A stretch of DNA of 64,000 bases from Acanthaster planci. Its lineage: Eukaryota. The position numbers and the translations under genes were made by a program. Below the pieces are notes generated by a model. It saw only the letters and a list, made by a program, of their open reading frames with translations. It had not been told where the DNA came from and ran no database searches. Shown one piece after another: positions 11,901 through 23,900 of this stretch; within the stretch, counting starts at the first letter, position 1, and each line of letters opens with the position of its first letter. Location of the stretch: the NCBI RefSeq assembly GCF_001949145.1, contig NW_019091358.1, forward strand, positions 1,116,961 to 1,180,960. The letters run 5' to 3'.

Positions 11901-14900
11901 TGTGGTACTGTGCCTTTTATGTCACTTTCAGTTTTCCTCTTAACACTTAGCGCCGGGTCATTTATCAATGTTGCTGATGCTGGGCCTGCATAATTATCAT
12001 TTTTTCTGTTTTCAAAATTCTTCAAAAATTCAACATTTCATTTAACGGACGTTTATAGCCGCACGAAGTCATCTTTAGGCACTACTCTAAGTTGACANNN
12101 NNNNNNNNNNNNNNNNNNNNNNNNNNNNNNNNNNNNNNNNNNNNNNNNNNNNNNNNNNNNNNNNNNNNNNNNNNNNNNNNNNNNNNNNNNNNNNNNNNNN
12201 NNNNNNNNNNNNNNNNNNNNNNNNNNNNNNNNNNNNNNNNNNNNNNNNNNNNNNNNNNNNNNNNNNNNNNNNNNNNNNNNNNNNNNNNNNNNNNNNNNNN
12301 NNNNNNNNNNNNNNNNNNNNNNNNNNNNNNNNNNNNNNNNNNNNNNNNNNNNNNNNNNNNNNNNNNNNNNNNNNNNNNNNNNNNNNNNNNNNNNNNNNNN
12401 NNNNNNNNNNNNNNNNNNNNNNNNNNNNNNNNNNNNNNNNNNNNNNNNNNNNNNNNNNNNNNNNNNNNNNNNNNNNNNNNNNNNNNNNNNNNNNNNNNNN
12501 NNNNNNNNNNNNNNNNNNNNNNNNNNNNNNNNNNNNNNNNNNNNNNNNNNNNNNNNNNNNNNNNNNNNNNNNNNNNNNNNNNNNNNNNNNNNNNNNNNNN
12601 NNNNNNNNNNNNNNNNNNNNNNNNNNNNNNNNNNNNNNNNNNNNNNNNNNNNNNNNNNNNNNNNNNNNNNNNNNNNNNNNNNNNNNNNNNNNNNNNNNNN
12701 NNNNNNNNNNNNNNNNNNNNNNNNNNNNNNNNNNNNNNNNNNNNNNNNNNNNNNNNNNNNNNNNNNNNNNNNNNNNNNNNNNNNNNNNNNNNNNNNNNNN
12801 NNNNNNNNNNNNNNNNNNNNNNNNNNNNNNNNNNNNNNNNNNNNNNNNNNNNNNNNNNNNNNNNNNNNNNNNNNNNNNNNNNNNNNNNNNNNNNNNNNNN
12901 NNNNNNNNNNNNNNNNNNNNNNNNNNNNNNNNNNNNNNNNNNNNNNNNNNNNNNNNNNNNNNNGTGTTATCTAACTTTCTTTTGTTCACGAACCTGCCAC
13001 AGTATGCTGCTGGCCGCTTTTCAGTAGGGGCCAGATTAGCGTGCAGCGGTACTATGTGGCTCATCGCTGCGGTGGTGGAGCGCTTTTGTCCCCAGTGGTA
13101 ATCCGCTCGCTCTAAATGCCCCAAGCCCTGGTATAGGGTTTCAAAACAAGGCTGGATTATCTCCACTTTTGAGAGTGAAAAATGTTGATAATGCCCAGAA
13201 GCCTGGTCTTTTGTTCGGAGTACGGTCTTTTGTCACAGGGCCCTGTTCCCTTTGTCCGAGTTTGGAGACCCCGGCCACGCATATAAAGCATACGTCTCCG
13301 ATTCCGGAGTCCCCGGCAGGAAGTGGTCAATACTCAAATGGGGCTCCAGTGGGAGGAATGCCTGTTATACGTTATTAGAAGAACTTTCATTAGAAATCAG
13401 AACAAACTAGCTGTTAGTGATCTTTTTTCTTATTCAGTGTGACATGTATATGTATATGAATCAGTGGTATGATTTCCCGGGATTTGTCTCAGATATCGGG
13501 ATTTTTGGCACAACAATCTGAAATTTTAGATTGTAATCATGATGGACTTGCCAAGTTTTTCTCATTTTATGATAAAAACAAGTGCAAGATTTACATAATT
13601 ATGGCCACTAAAAGCCCTGGAATGCTCATATTATTTTATTGAAAACATTGTTATTGTTACACCTAGTCTGCTTGATACATGACGGATTTGTCTCTGTTGC
13701 CGAATTTACCCCCTCATTAATGCATATTTGTGAATCCCTGCTTGAAAGTCCTTTTCTGAATTGCTTTTGATGTTTCAGATCCCTGCACCCTCCCGCTAGA
13801 GCATGGCAACTGCTTTGAGACCCACCTCCGTTGGTTTTACAACATCCGCACACAGCAGTGCGAGCAGTTCAACTACACCGGTTGCCTGGGCAACCCCAAC
13901 CGTTTTGAGGATGCCGCCAGCTGCGAGGAGCGTTGTGGTGTGGTAGACAGGGTACCAGATCAGCCAGAAACCACAGGAGTCGTTGTTGGTAAAGTATTTT
14001 ATATCACACATACACGTTTCATTCATGTACGTGCAGGACAAAAAAAAGTTTGTTAATGGTTTTTGTCTGTGATCCTCGTTGAGACATTTGGGTTTTCCTT
14101 TGGAAAAGCTTTGGAGTGAAATCTTTTCACAGGCTGTTGGAAATGAAGGATATTTTGGAAATGGAAAATTAATAGGGATGTGGTGCTGGTTGTACCAGCT
14201 CAGCTTAATCGTATGCGAGGACTTGGAGACAGGCACTGGTAATATGTAAAAGTGAGATTTTTTCAAACCATTTGAAAATCGCACTGCAACTTGGACAAAT
14301 GTCATTCACTCACTGTTCTCTTTATTGTCCATCTTTCCTCAAACATGAGGACTTGAGTCCATGATTATCATTTGTAGTTGGCCAAGTCATTTTTTGCCAT
14401 TTCGCCCAGTTATTATAATCCATTTCTTGTATTAAACGAGACAATTTATTCCTCGAAAGCACCCTGGGCACTGTAGCTCCCAAAGCCTGAAGAAACCTGC
14501 AGTGACGTACAGTTAAAGTTTTAGAGGTGGGAGGAAAACCCTGGAAGACNTGTTCTGGGTAAAACCCACAGAAAATTGAAAACCCAATCCACGCGCGGAC
14601 TGAGCCAGGAATTGAACCCGGGCCGCTGAGGTGAAACGCAAGGAAACAACGATTATACCCCCCAAGGCATTTCTGAACGATGTTGATGTCATAAAGTCAA
14701 TTCATCTTTTCTTTGGATCACCACGTAGATATGTTGTCAACAGTTCACTTAAATTGGAATTTTTATATTGTTATCAGATGTGTGTGGCTTACCCAAGGAG
14801 CATGGACCATGCAGGGAATCCATCCTGCAGTGGTACTATGACACTGAACGTAACTCATGCCAGCAATTTATCTACGGAGGATGCTTGGGCAATGCCAATA

Positions 14901-17900
14901 GGTTTGACTCAAGAGTCACCTGCTCACAAGCATGCATATCGTACGGTGGTAAGTATGTGACTTGATTCTATTGTGTGACGCAGTCGGTCAGTTTAGTCTA
15001 TGACTAGTTTAGACTATGTTTGATATCGTCATACACAGTCTTTCCGTTTAAAGACCAACTTCAACAGTTTTAAAAGTTTTGAAAATAAACTGTTATTGTG
15101 TTTAGTGTGTCATGGATCATATATTCATTACCAAATCATGTCTTCATTGCATAATTTTGCATAATTTTACATAATTTTGACATAACGGTGTCTTCAAGTT
15201 TTATGAAAAATGTCCACATTCTGACCCCTGGCGGCGCTGTTGGGGAACAAAATTTGTATGATGTAATACTGGAGAAGAAATTGATAGTGGTATCCATGGC
15301 ACGACTGGTTTTGCTATGAACGTACATGTACGTGTACATCTAAATGAACATGGAGCTACATGAGTATGCACGCGCTGTGCACCAGGGATCGATCTGTGTG
15401 GCGGGTCTACTATGCCACATTATTTCTTTTCCATCGAGCTTATTGCTCCGTTTTCATGATTTACAATAATGCTGAAATCTTGCATCACTGATGGATGTAC
15501 TAGAAATTCTTCAAATTCTGTTTCCAAAAAATGAGAGCATTCTTCAAGTTCGTGCTTCGTGCATGCATTGTGGTCTTTCCTGTCCACGGTAATACATCAC
15601 AGAAGTAAATATTCATTAGATGCTAATGAGTCATGACAACACGTCCATTTCTACAATACCGGACAGGACACGCAGGAAAACTGGGTACAAAAACTGTGTT
15701 TTATTATTGCAAGGGAGATATTGATATGTGCCAGTTTTATTAGACTTGGTTCTTCTGAATGGGATTTAATATGAGAAAAATTTGCATCGTTGGAGTTGGT
15801 CGTTAATGAATGTTCAGAAGTCTCCTGCAGTTAGGATTTTCTGCATTTTCTCCGAATTCTCTTGACACTTTCCTGCCAGATATGGTCAGTTGTTCCGTAC
15901 AGTGGTGCCCTCTTCATAAATGTTCACAGCTAGATGCCAGGAATGATTGAGATCTGTTTAAATCACCTCTCTTTGCCCTTGTCTTTTGGCAGCGGAGCAG
16001 TGCTCCTTGCCCATCGAGCCCGGCCCATGCTTTGGGTACTTCCCTACATGGGGCTACAATGCTACAGTAGGGGCCTGCCAGCCATTTGTCTACGGGGGTT
16101 GCCAAGGCAACGACAACCGCTTTGACACGCAGGATGCATGTGACCATGCTTGCGGGCCAAAAGGTAGGTCTTGTTTGAGGGGATATGAGTCAAACGAAAG
16201 AGTATAGATATGTATTAACACTTCATTAAAAAACTGTTCAGAAAGTTCACAACATAAATTCTGTGTCAACTGTGACAACTATTTATTACGATGCGCATCG
16301 CACTTCACAGAATGAAATTAAGTGTCTTTCCTGCTCAAGTTTTTACATCACAGAAAAGGCACAGCAGACGATGTTGATATAATTATCAACTTGGGATGTG
16401 TTGCCACATGATTTTCCAAATGAAGGTAGCTGGTTTGAAGAATTGATGCTTGGCTTATAATTTTCAAGAATTATATTATTTCAAGAAGTCATATTTGCAG
16501 AAATCTTATTAACAAATTCAGTTTATTGAAGTACCTCAGCAAACCAGAGTAGAAATGTTTCCTCTTGAGATGTTTAATGTAATTTTGTTGAAATTATTCC
16601 AACTGTTAAAATGGAAAACAGGTTACTACCCCACAAACTAAATTTCCTGTATAAGCATCACTGACATTACTTTTCTGTAGCCATTACCAAGTGCCGCCGA
16701 AGCCGAAACTACGCCACCTACGTAGCCCAGGGTCGTCTTGGAGCTTTCATCCCCCAGTGCACCTTGGAGGGCCACTTTGAAGCCATGCAGTGCCACGGGA
16801 GCACCGGCCACTGCTGGTGTGTGGACATGAACGGCCGGGAGATCAACGGAAGTCGCCGGGCGCCAGGCATCCACGTCCAGCGACCAGACTGTGAAGGTTG
16901 GTTGTTGGTTTGGGATGAAATGAGTTCTCCATATGAAGTTTGAGGACCTTGGAGTTGATCCAACTATGATACTTTACCATGTACTTCACACCGGATAATA
17001 TCTAAAAATGTAGGGGTTCTTGTGACGAAGCGTCGAGGACGTTTAACAGGTTCTGGCCAATTTTGTGTGTAGTACCAATAGCTGCGTGATTTCTTTACTT
17101 GGTCTCATGCCTAAGTGATCCCCATTGAGTTTGTACACACACACACACACACAGGCTCAAACTAGTATGTTGAGGTTGAGCATGTACATGTACGGAGCCC
17201 TCCAACAGCATCGGGCCATGCTTGGACTTTGCAGAGACTTACGAAATGAAACTGTTACCAACACATACATGCATGTAGGCGTGTTTTGCGATACCACTTG
17301 GGAGAAAGCATTGTGTTTCCAATCCAGGCTACAACACAGCACTCTGAGCACAATCTCTCACCACCCATGACAGTAGACTTGTTTCGCCCCAACTACAGCA
17401 TCAGTCCCAAGTGGGGCGGCCCCGACTACAGCAGGGTCCAGTGTGTGCATGTGTCATATCATGACATGATGTGCTCAAGTCATTTTGTTTACATCAACAA
17501 TTTTGTGCTTGCAGAAATGAGTTTCTATTACTGTAATAGATGAAGTACCATATTTTAGATAAATGATGTCAGGTGTGAGCTGCACAAACTTGGAAAAGGT
17601 TGAGAAATTTTCTCTAGTAATTGGCCAACAGTAGTTGGGCCAGCCAAACTGTAGCACTGTAGTTGGGACAAATGCTGTAGGTGTGGCTGAACAGACTGAT
17701 GGCCATCAAGGATAGGGAAATATCTCTTGTTTCCTTTGTGTTCTGTCATCTGCGGTAAATAAAACCTGTACACACCCACTCTAATCTTACCCATCTTTGT
17801 TAGTCCACACGACTCGTTCACGGTGTAACCTGTGTCGTCTTTGACAGCGTTCCAACCCCGTACACTAACCACCTGCCAGCGACACCTGAAGCAGGTCCAG

Positions 17901-20900
17901 GGGAAGAATGGCCAGGCCCCGCCCGGCCGCTACGTCCCACAGTGCACCGAGGCGGGCGAGTACGAGACCGTCCAGTGCTACGGCAGCACAGGGTACTGCT
18001 GGTGCGTCAATGTCAACGGGGAGGAGATCGACGGCACACGCAGGGGACCGGGCATGGGCTCGCCTAATTGTGATGGTAAACACTCGTGTCCAACTTGATC
18101 AAATTTTAAATGAAAAAATTGAGTTGCTGAGTTTTGAGATGTGTACAGAGAATCTGCCCTCCCCATGCTGTTATTGTTTAGACCAGCACAAAACCCACAC
18201 AAGACCACCAGTCTGAATAAGTCTTTTGTGAGTTAAATGTGAATAAATTCTTGTACACTGAGTTAATATCCGAGTGCACATAAACATAGCAATTTAAATT
18301 CCCTAGACTGAAGATACTGTTGCTATGCTTCGTGATTTGGGACATTCTTTTGCATAGCGACCACCACCTATGGAATGGACTGGTCCCTTTGTGCCCTTCT
18401 TATCTATTGAAAACAGTGTATTGGTGCAAGGCATCTCTTACGTAACTAAGCCAAAGCTTGCCCCGGATCATGAGCTATAGCAACAGTGGTTTTAGTATGG
18501 AGAATTCTAATTGTTATGTTCACGTGAATTTGAAGAACACAGTGTACCAGATTTTATTCAAGGCTAACTCGCATAAGGCTTATTCAGCTCACAAGCTGTT
18601 CAAATGAATTACAACAAAATATTTGCTTGTTTTTGTTCACCCTGTTACTTGTGTCTGTTCTTTTGTCTGGTCTTCCCTCTGGTCTTGACTGCAACAGCGA
18701 TCACCGCCAACTTTTCAGTCATGCGTGACTTTGTTTTCCCATCTTGGTTCCTGTGCAGGTGGTGCCCAGGGTCCGTGCCCTTCTCTCGCCCTCCAGCTAC
18801 AAGCCGGGCAGGCCACCAATGACTACCAGCCGGTCTGCACCCCCGACGGCCTGTTTGTGCGGGTGCAGTGCGACGGTGTACCCCAGTGCTTGTGCGTCAA
18901 CGAGACCACAGGGGAAGTGTTGAAGGTTCTCAACGAGGTGCCGCTGGATGGGGACTTTGATGCTTGCAATGGTACGATTTGTTCTTGCTGTCATTACAAT
19001 GGATTTCATCATTATCAGCTCATTAGAAACTACCAAAATTACTTGATTCACCAACAGAAATAGGTTTAACTTGAAATTAGCAATTAAGGCAGATCCAGTG
19101 TTTCTGAAAACAGGTGGGCATTTAATGGCTGTGAGGTTTGGCTTAAAAACCTGAGCTTCAGGGCATTAATAACAATTAAGGCAGATCCAGTGTTTCTGAA
19201 AACAGGTGGACATTTAATAGCTGTGAGGTTTGGCTTAAAAACCTGGCACAATTTTAATACTCCTCTCTTTGATAATTCAGCCTATAACAATGAACATTTA
19301 AAGTGCTGAGGAAAAGGCTTCAAATATATCAACATCTAGGGTTTTGGAGGTAGGACACCCAAAAGCAAGTATATGATTAATTTACCTCCTGAAAATCAAG
19401 ACGAGAGAAATAAGGGGCGATTTCTTTCCATGACCAACTGGGCCAATTTCGGAAACACACGAGGGCAGATCTTGTGTTTATGTTGGATTGATGACGTCAT
19501 TTGGGAAAAAGGCACAACAGGCATGCATGAAGCATGCATGAAGATACCTGTAAACTGTCATCGTTGTGGCCCGAATGCATTAAGGCGAGTTTTGATGACG
19601 TGTAGAAAATGTACAATATTATACATTAATTTCTTAAAGATGTATAACTTAAAAGCTTACTTTTAGCTGGTCAAAATAATTGTGAGATTTGTTCCAAAAT
19701 GGAGTATGAAACATTGAAAGTGGAGAGGACCATATTTTTCGTGGCTTAGGTGTGAGAGAGCACTCGTGTTCACGTGCAGTGTGGCAGCGGACTATACATA
19801 GAACAATGCGATCAGCGCAGGAGCCAGTACGCAGACCTGAATCTTAGGCCGCATTGTGGGCTACCTTGTAATGTGTGCACACAGCAACCCATGTGCGGGC
19901 TTGTTTATTGCCGAGTCTACAGTGTTCAATGTGTCAAAGAAAAAGAGATAAACACATATAGGATTCTTCTCATGAAAGTGAGTGGATTCAGTTGCTATGA
20001 AAGTTACCATTTACCGAATGAGGACAACAGCACAGAGCCTGGCAGTGTTGACTGGCAACTGTGGCAGTCCCAAACCTGCCACCACCGGCAGATGCAACAC
20101 AACGCAAGCAGTCGGCAAGGCTAATTATGTGTCACTTTTCTCAATGCGGAGTGGTTTTGCAGACACTAGATATTGTCAAAGTAGTCCTTGAAAATCATTG
20201 GCATGTTATTTTTATCTGGGAAAACCGGGAAAGTTTGAAATCAACCCTTGATGCGCTGTCCGGGAACAAGAGAATTAATCAATGCGTTATCGCACAGAAA
20301 TGTCGAGACCAAGTCTCAGTACACGAGATTCCTGTCCGAAACTGCACAAGACCGGGGTATGTTTTGTCTTATGACAAAACATAACAAGTCATGCACTTGA
20401 ACTTGATGTATGGAACAGTCAACATAGTGGACAAGAATCGCACAAGAACATTGCATTTTGAGCATGCCTTACTACGAGACTTGTGTGATAGATAAACACT
20501 GTTTTAGGGTTACTGGCATGTCATTATTAAATACATGAGTGTTTCTAAAATTGGGGAAAAAGGGACTCGCGGAAGCCCATTTTTTGGACATTTTTTTGGC
20601 CGTAAATGGGAAAAGTGTTCAATTTTTTCATGTTAATTTTGAAAGATTATCTTGCACAAAGGTTATAATTAGGGAAAGAAGGTTTTCTATTCCTACCTCT
20701 TTAATATAGTTGGGAACAGCAGAATCTATACCCCCGTGCATTGACTTTGGTGTGATTTTTATCATGAAATATTTCCAACAGAAGTTTTTAATAAAAAATA
20801 CCCATTTAATCAAAGTAACAACGTTCCAAATGGAATAATTTAAGATGACACAGAAGATGACAGAGAAGATTGAGAGTTGGAAACTTCTTTTTTGAAAAAT

Positions 20901-23900
20901 AATTACACCACTCATTTGTCGATAATTCAACACAGCATGTAACATTTCCACTACCTGTATTTATCCATCATTCAGATGCCCACCAGGAGCCGACACGTTG
21001 CCAGCAGCACAGGAACAGCGTCCTGGCCACTGAGGAGCCCACGGGTCACATCCGCTATGTCCCCGAATGCAACGAGGCCGGCGACTACAGGGAGATTCAG
21101 TGCTATGGCAACACGGGCCACTGCTGGTGTGTGAACGATAATGGGGAGGAAATTGACGGAACACGCAAGCGACCGGGAGAAGGAGTCCCCGACTGCACCG
21201 GTAGAGACCTTTTGGTTTTTCCATTAATCATTCATGCGATAATACATAGGTCATCTTTCTGGTCCCTGCTTGCTATAGAGGAATCCAGTGATGTTTCATT
21301 GGACTTTCTTGATGGCCCCCTTTAATGGTGGACAGCATTATAGTGGGTTACATACAGTAGTGAAGTGGGCCATCATTTGAACCAGGAAGTGTAGTGCAAA
21401 TGAATGGAGTATGCCGGCGTGTTGGTTCACTCGCCGGTGCTCGCAGCTAATGCCTTTTCCACTTGCAACTGCGAGTTACATGTTCAGTTCGGTACTCTAT
21501 AACAATGCTTAATGCCATTGGTAGGGGCCACCCTAAATGACCAGGGATGGCGTTACGATGGTCCCTGATCCATCTCTCTTAACTGAGAGCCTGTGATGTG
21601 AGATGTGTGTGCATAAATTTGTTTGAGGCCGCCAGTGAGCATTAAGCTGCCAGCTAACCCTAACAGTCCCAAATCCTCCAATTTCAATATGATTTTACAT
21701 ACACCCTTGGGGGTTAGGGTGAAGGTGCGTTTGTATGCCAATACCAGTTCAATATAACACTCTAGTTCCTTTTGTCCAGAGGAATGTCTGGGACCAGATA
21801 TTTGTACAAATTCCTTTACTACTCACTAGAGTTTGGCTGGATATTCAGTTATCTCTTACTTGGATCAGCAATTTAAAATCTTTGTCATCTGTTGGCTCAC
21901 ATTGGTAATACTGAAGATTTGAAAACAGTTGTGACAGATCCCTTGAATTTGTCATATTCCTGTGGCTTTTTAATTGAAATTTATTTTTGATTGAACACAA
22001 TTTCTGATTTTGCAAGACCCATTGATAGACCTACTAATCAGTGATTGGTAAATGTCAACGTATTCAGTTAAAGACTGCCATGCGGCACGTGAGGAGGCCT
22101 CATCTTCCGGAAGGATCGGGCATTACATCCCACAGTGCACCGAAGAGGGCTTGTACACACCCACTCAGTGCCATGGTGGGACGGGATATTGCTGGTGTGT
22201 CGACGAGAACGGTGAAGAACTGACAGGAACCAGGCGAGGCCCGGGAGATGAACCTGTCAACTGTGAAGGTAACTGCCAAACAGTTCCCGGTTCAGAAACA
22301 CTGTGCCTGCTGTTGTCACCAAACAAGTGAACCACCTTGACTGTACTTCTGAACAATAACCATCTCAGTGCTTCCTCTATTAAACCGTGTTTCCAACATC
22401 AGCAAATGCTGACGCATTGTCAGAACGGCGAGACTTGACCATGACTGGCGCAATTACAGATATTGCAGATACTCTGAGTCTAGACATCAGTGTTTGCTTA
22501 CAGTCACGGTCATTATTTACCACATCGAATGACCACTACACCAAACATGTCTTTGTGGACCCCATGCTGGTTGTAGTTTTGGCAGTCCACTTGAACTCCA
22601 TGTTATTTTAATGGGTACTTTACAGATGTATGCAGCCTGCCCAAGGTGACTGGGCCCTGCAGGGGCTACTTCCCAGTCTTTGGTTACGACGCGATGATGG
22701 GCTCTTGCGACAAGTTCATCTATGGGGGCTGCCAAGGCAACGCCAATCGCTTCCAGACCCGTGAGGCTTGTCTGATTGCTTGCACTGGTGAGTCCCAACG
22801 CAGATCTTGCCTCGCCCCATTATCCATGCATGCCCCCCCATCCTCTTGCCCTATTGCCTCCAAGTTTTCATTTGGACTGACAAAAACTGTCTTGAAGGAC
22901 TGGCATTGTTGCCGACTCCTTTACGAGTCGGCTACAGGTCTGGTCACAAGTAGCAGGGGATGAACAGCGTTTGGTTAGCTCATGACTTGAGTTGAGACTT
23001 GATGACTTGTGTTTGCCTTGTGATGGACTCGTGACGGACTTGGTGTCGATATCAAGGAAGGACCTTCTTTCCCTTGTAAGCTTGTTAGCCTCCAGCATTG
23101 GCTAAAGATAAGCAGCAATTCAAAGCACAGTGTGCAGTGTAGCCTTTGCCTGCAGGAGGCTGCACTGCAACTTCAAAGTTGACTTCCTGCATATATTGCA
23201 GTTAATCACTCAATCTGCTATAAGGCTTTCATCATCTGCATTCTGCACCATTCACTCATAAATGCACCTGGAAACACCGTAGTTCAATCTTGAGAAATAA
23301 ATTTGCAGAAGAAAATTCCAGCCTGTATTGTGCTGAAAAAACATGTAAGTACTGTTGAATCCTTGAAACTTAGTGCAAAAAGAAAACATTAAACTATATC
23401 GGCACTTGGAAAGTTGCATTTATGCATCTCCAAAAGCAACTTTTCTGTATTATATACTTGCTGTAAGGACGATATATTGCAGTGTGATCATTAACCTGTT
23501 ATTTTCTCCATTATCTAGATTACCAACCACAACCAACTACAGTATTACCTCCATACACCACCCAGTCAGTCAGTCCAACAGAGTCACCCGATGAGCGTTC
23601 GACAGTGTCCTCACCGACAAGCTCGCCACCAGTCAGCTCAACTGCTGAAACACCATCCACCGCGCCATCTGCTCCGCCACGCGCACCATCGACTCCATCT
23701 GTGGCATCCACGGCTGCCCCACGTGTCACTGCATCATCTAGTCCTGCCTCAAGATCCACCACAACAGCTCCATCCACGACAACCCCAGCCTCCACAACTT
23801 TGTCGGTTGATCCGACGGCAGCCGTCACCGAGCGTCAGTCACCCAGCCCGTTGCCGGACTCAACCGGAAGCGGCCAGCCGTCCACCACCCCCCAAACGAC

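Noticed and set aside
9184..13166. Long ORFs (214-359 aa) in the ORF track
   Set aside because: They are runs of X from N gaps; the same applies to ORFs at 37510-38090.
19774..20124. Cys-rich ORF in the TY3-TY4 intron
   Set aside because: Cys spacing matches no Kunitz, TY, WAP or TSP pattern and I found no convincing phase-compatible splice sites.
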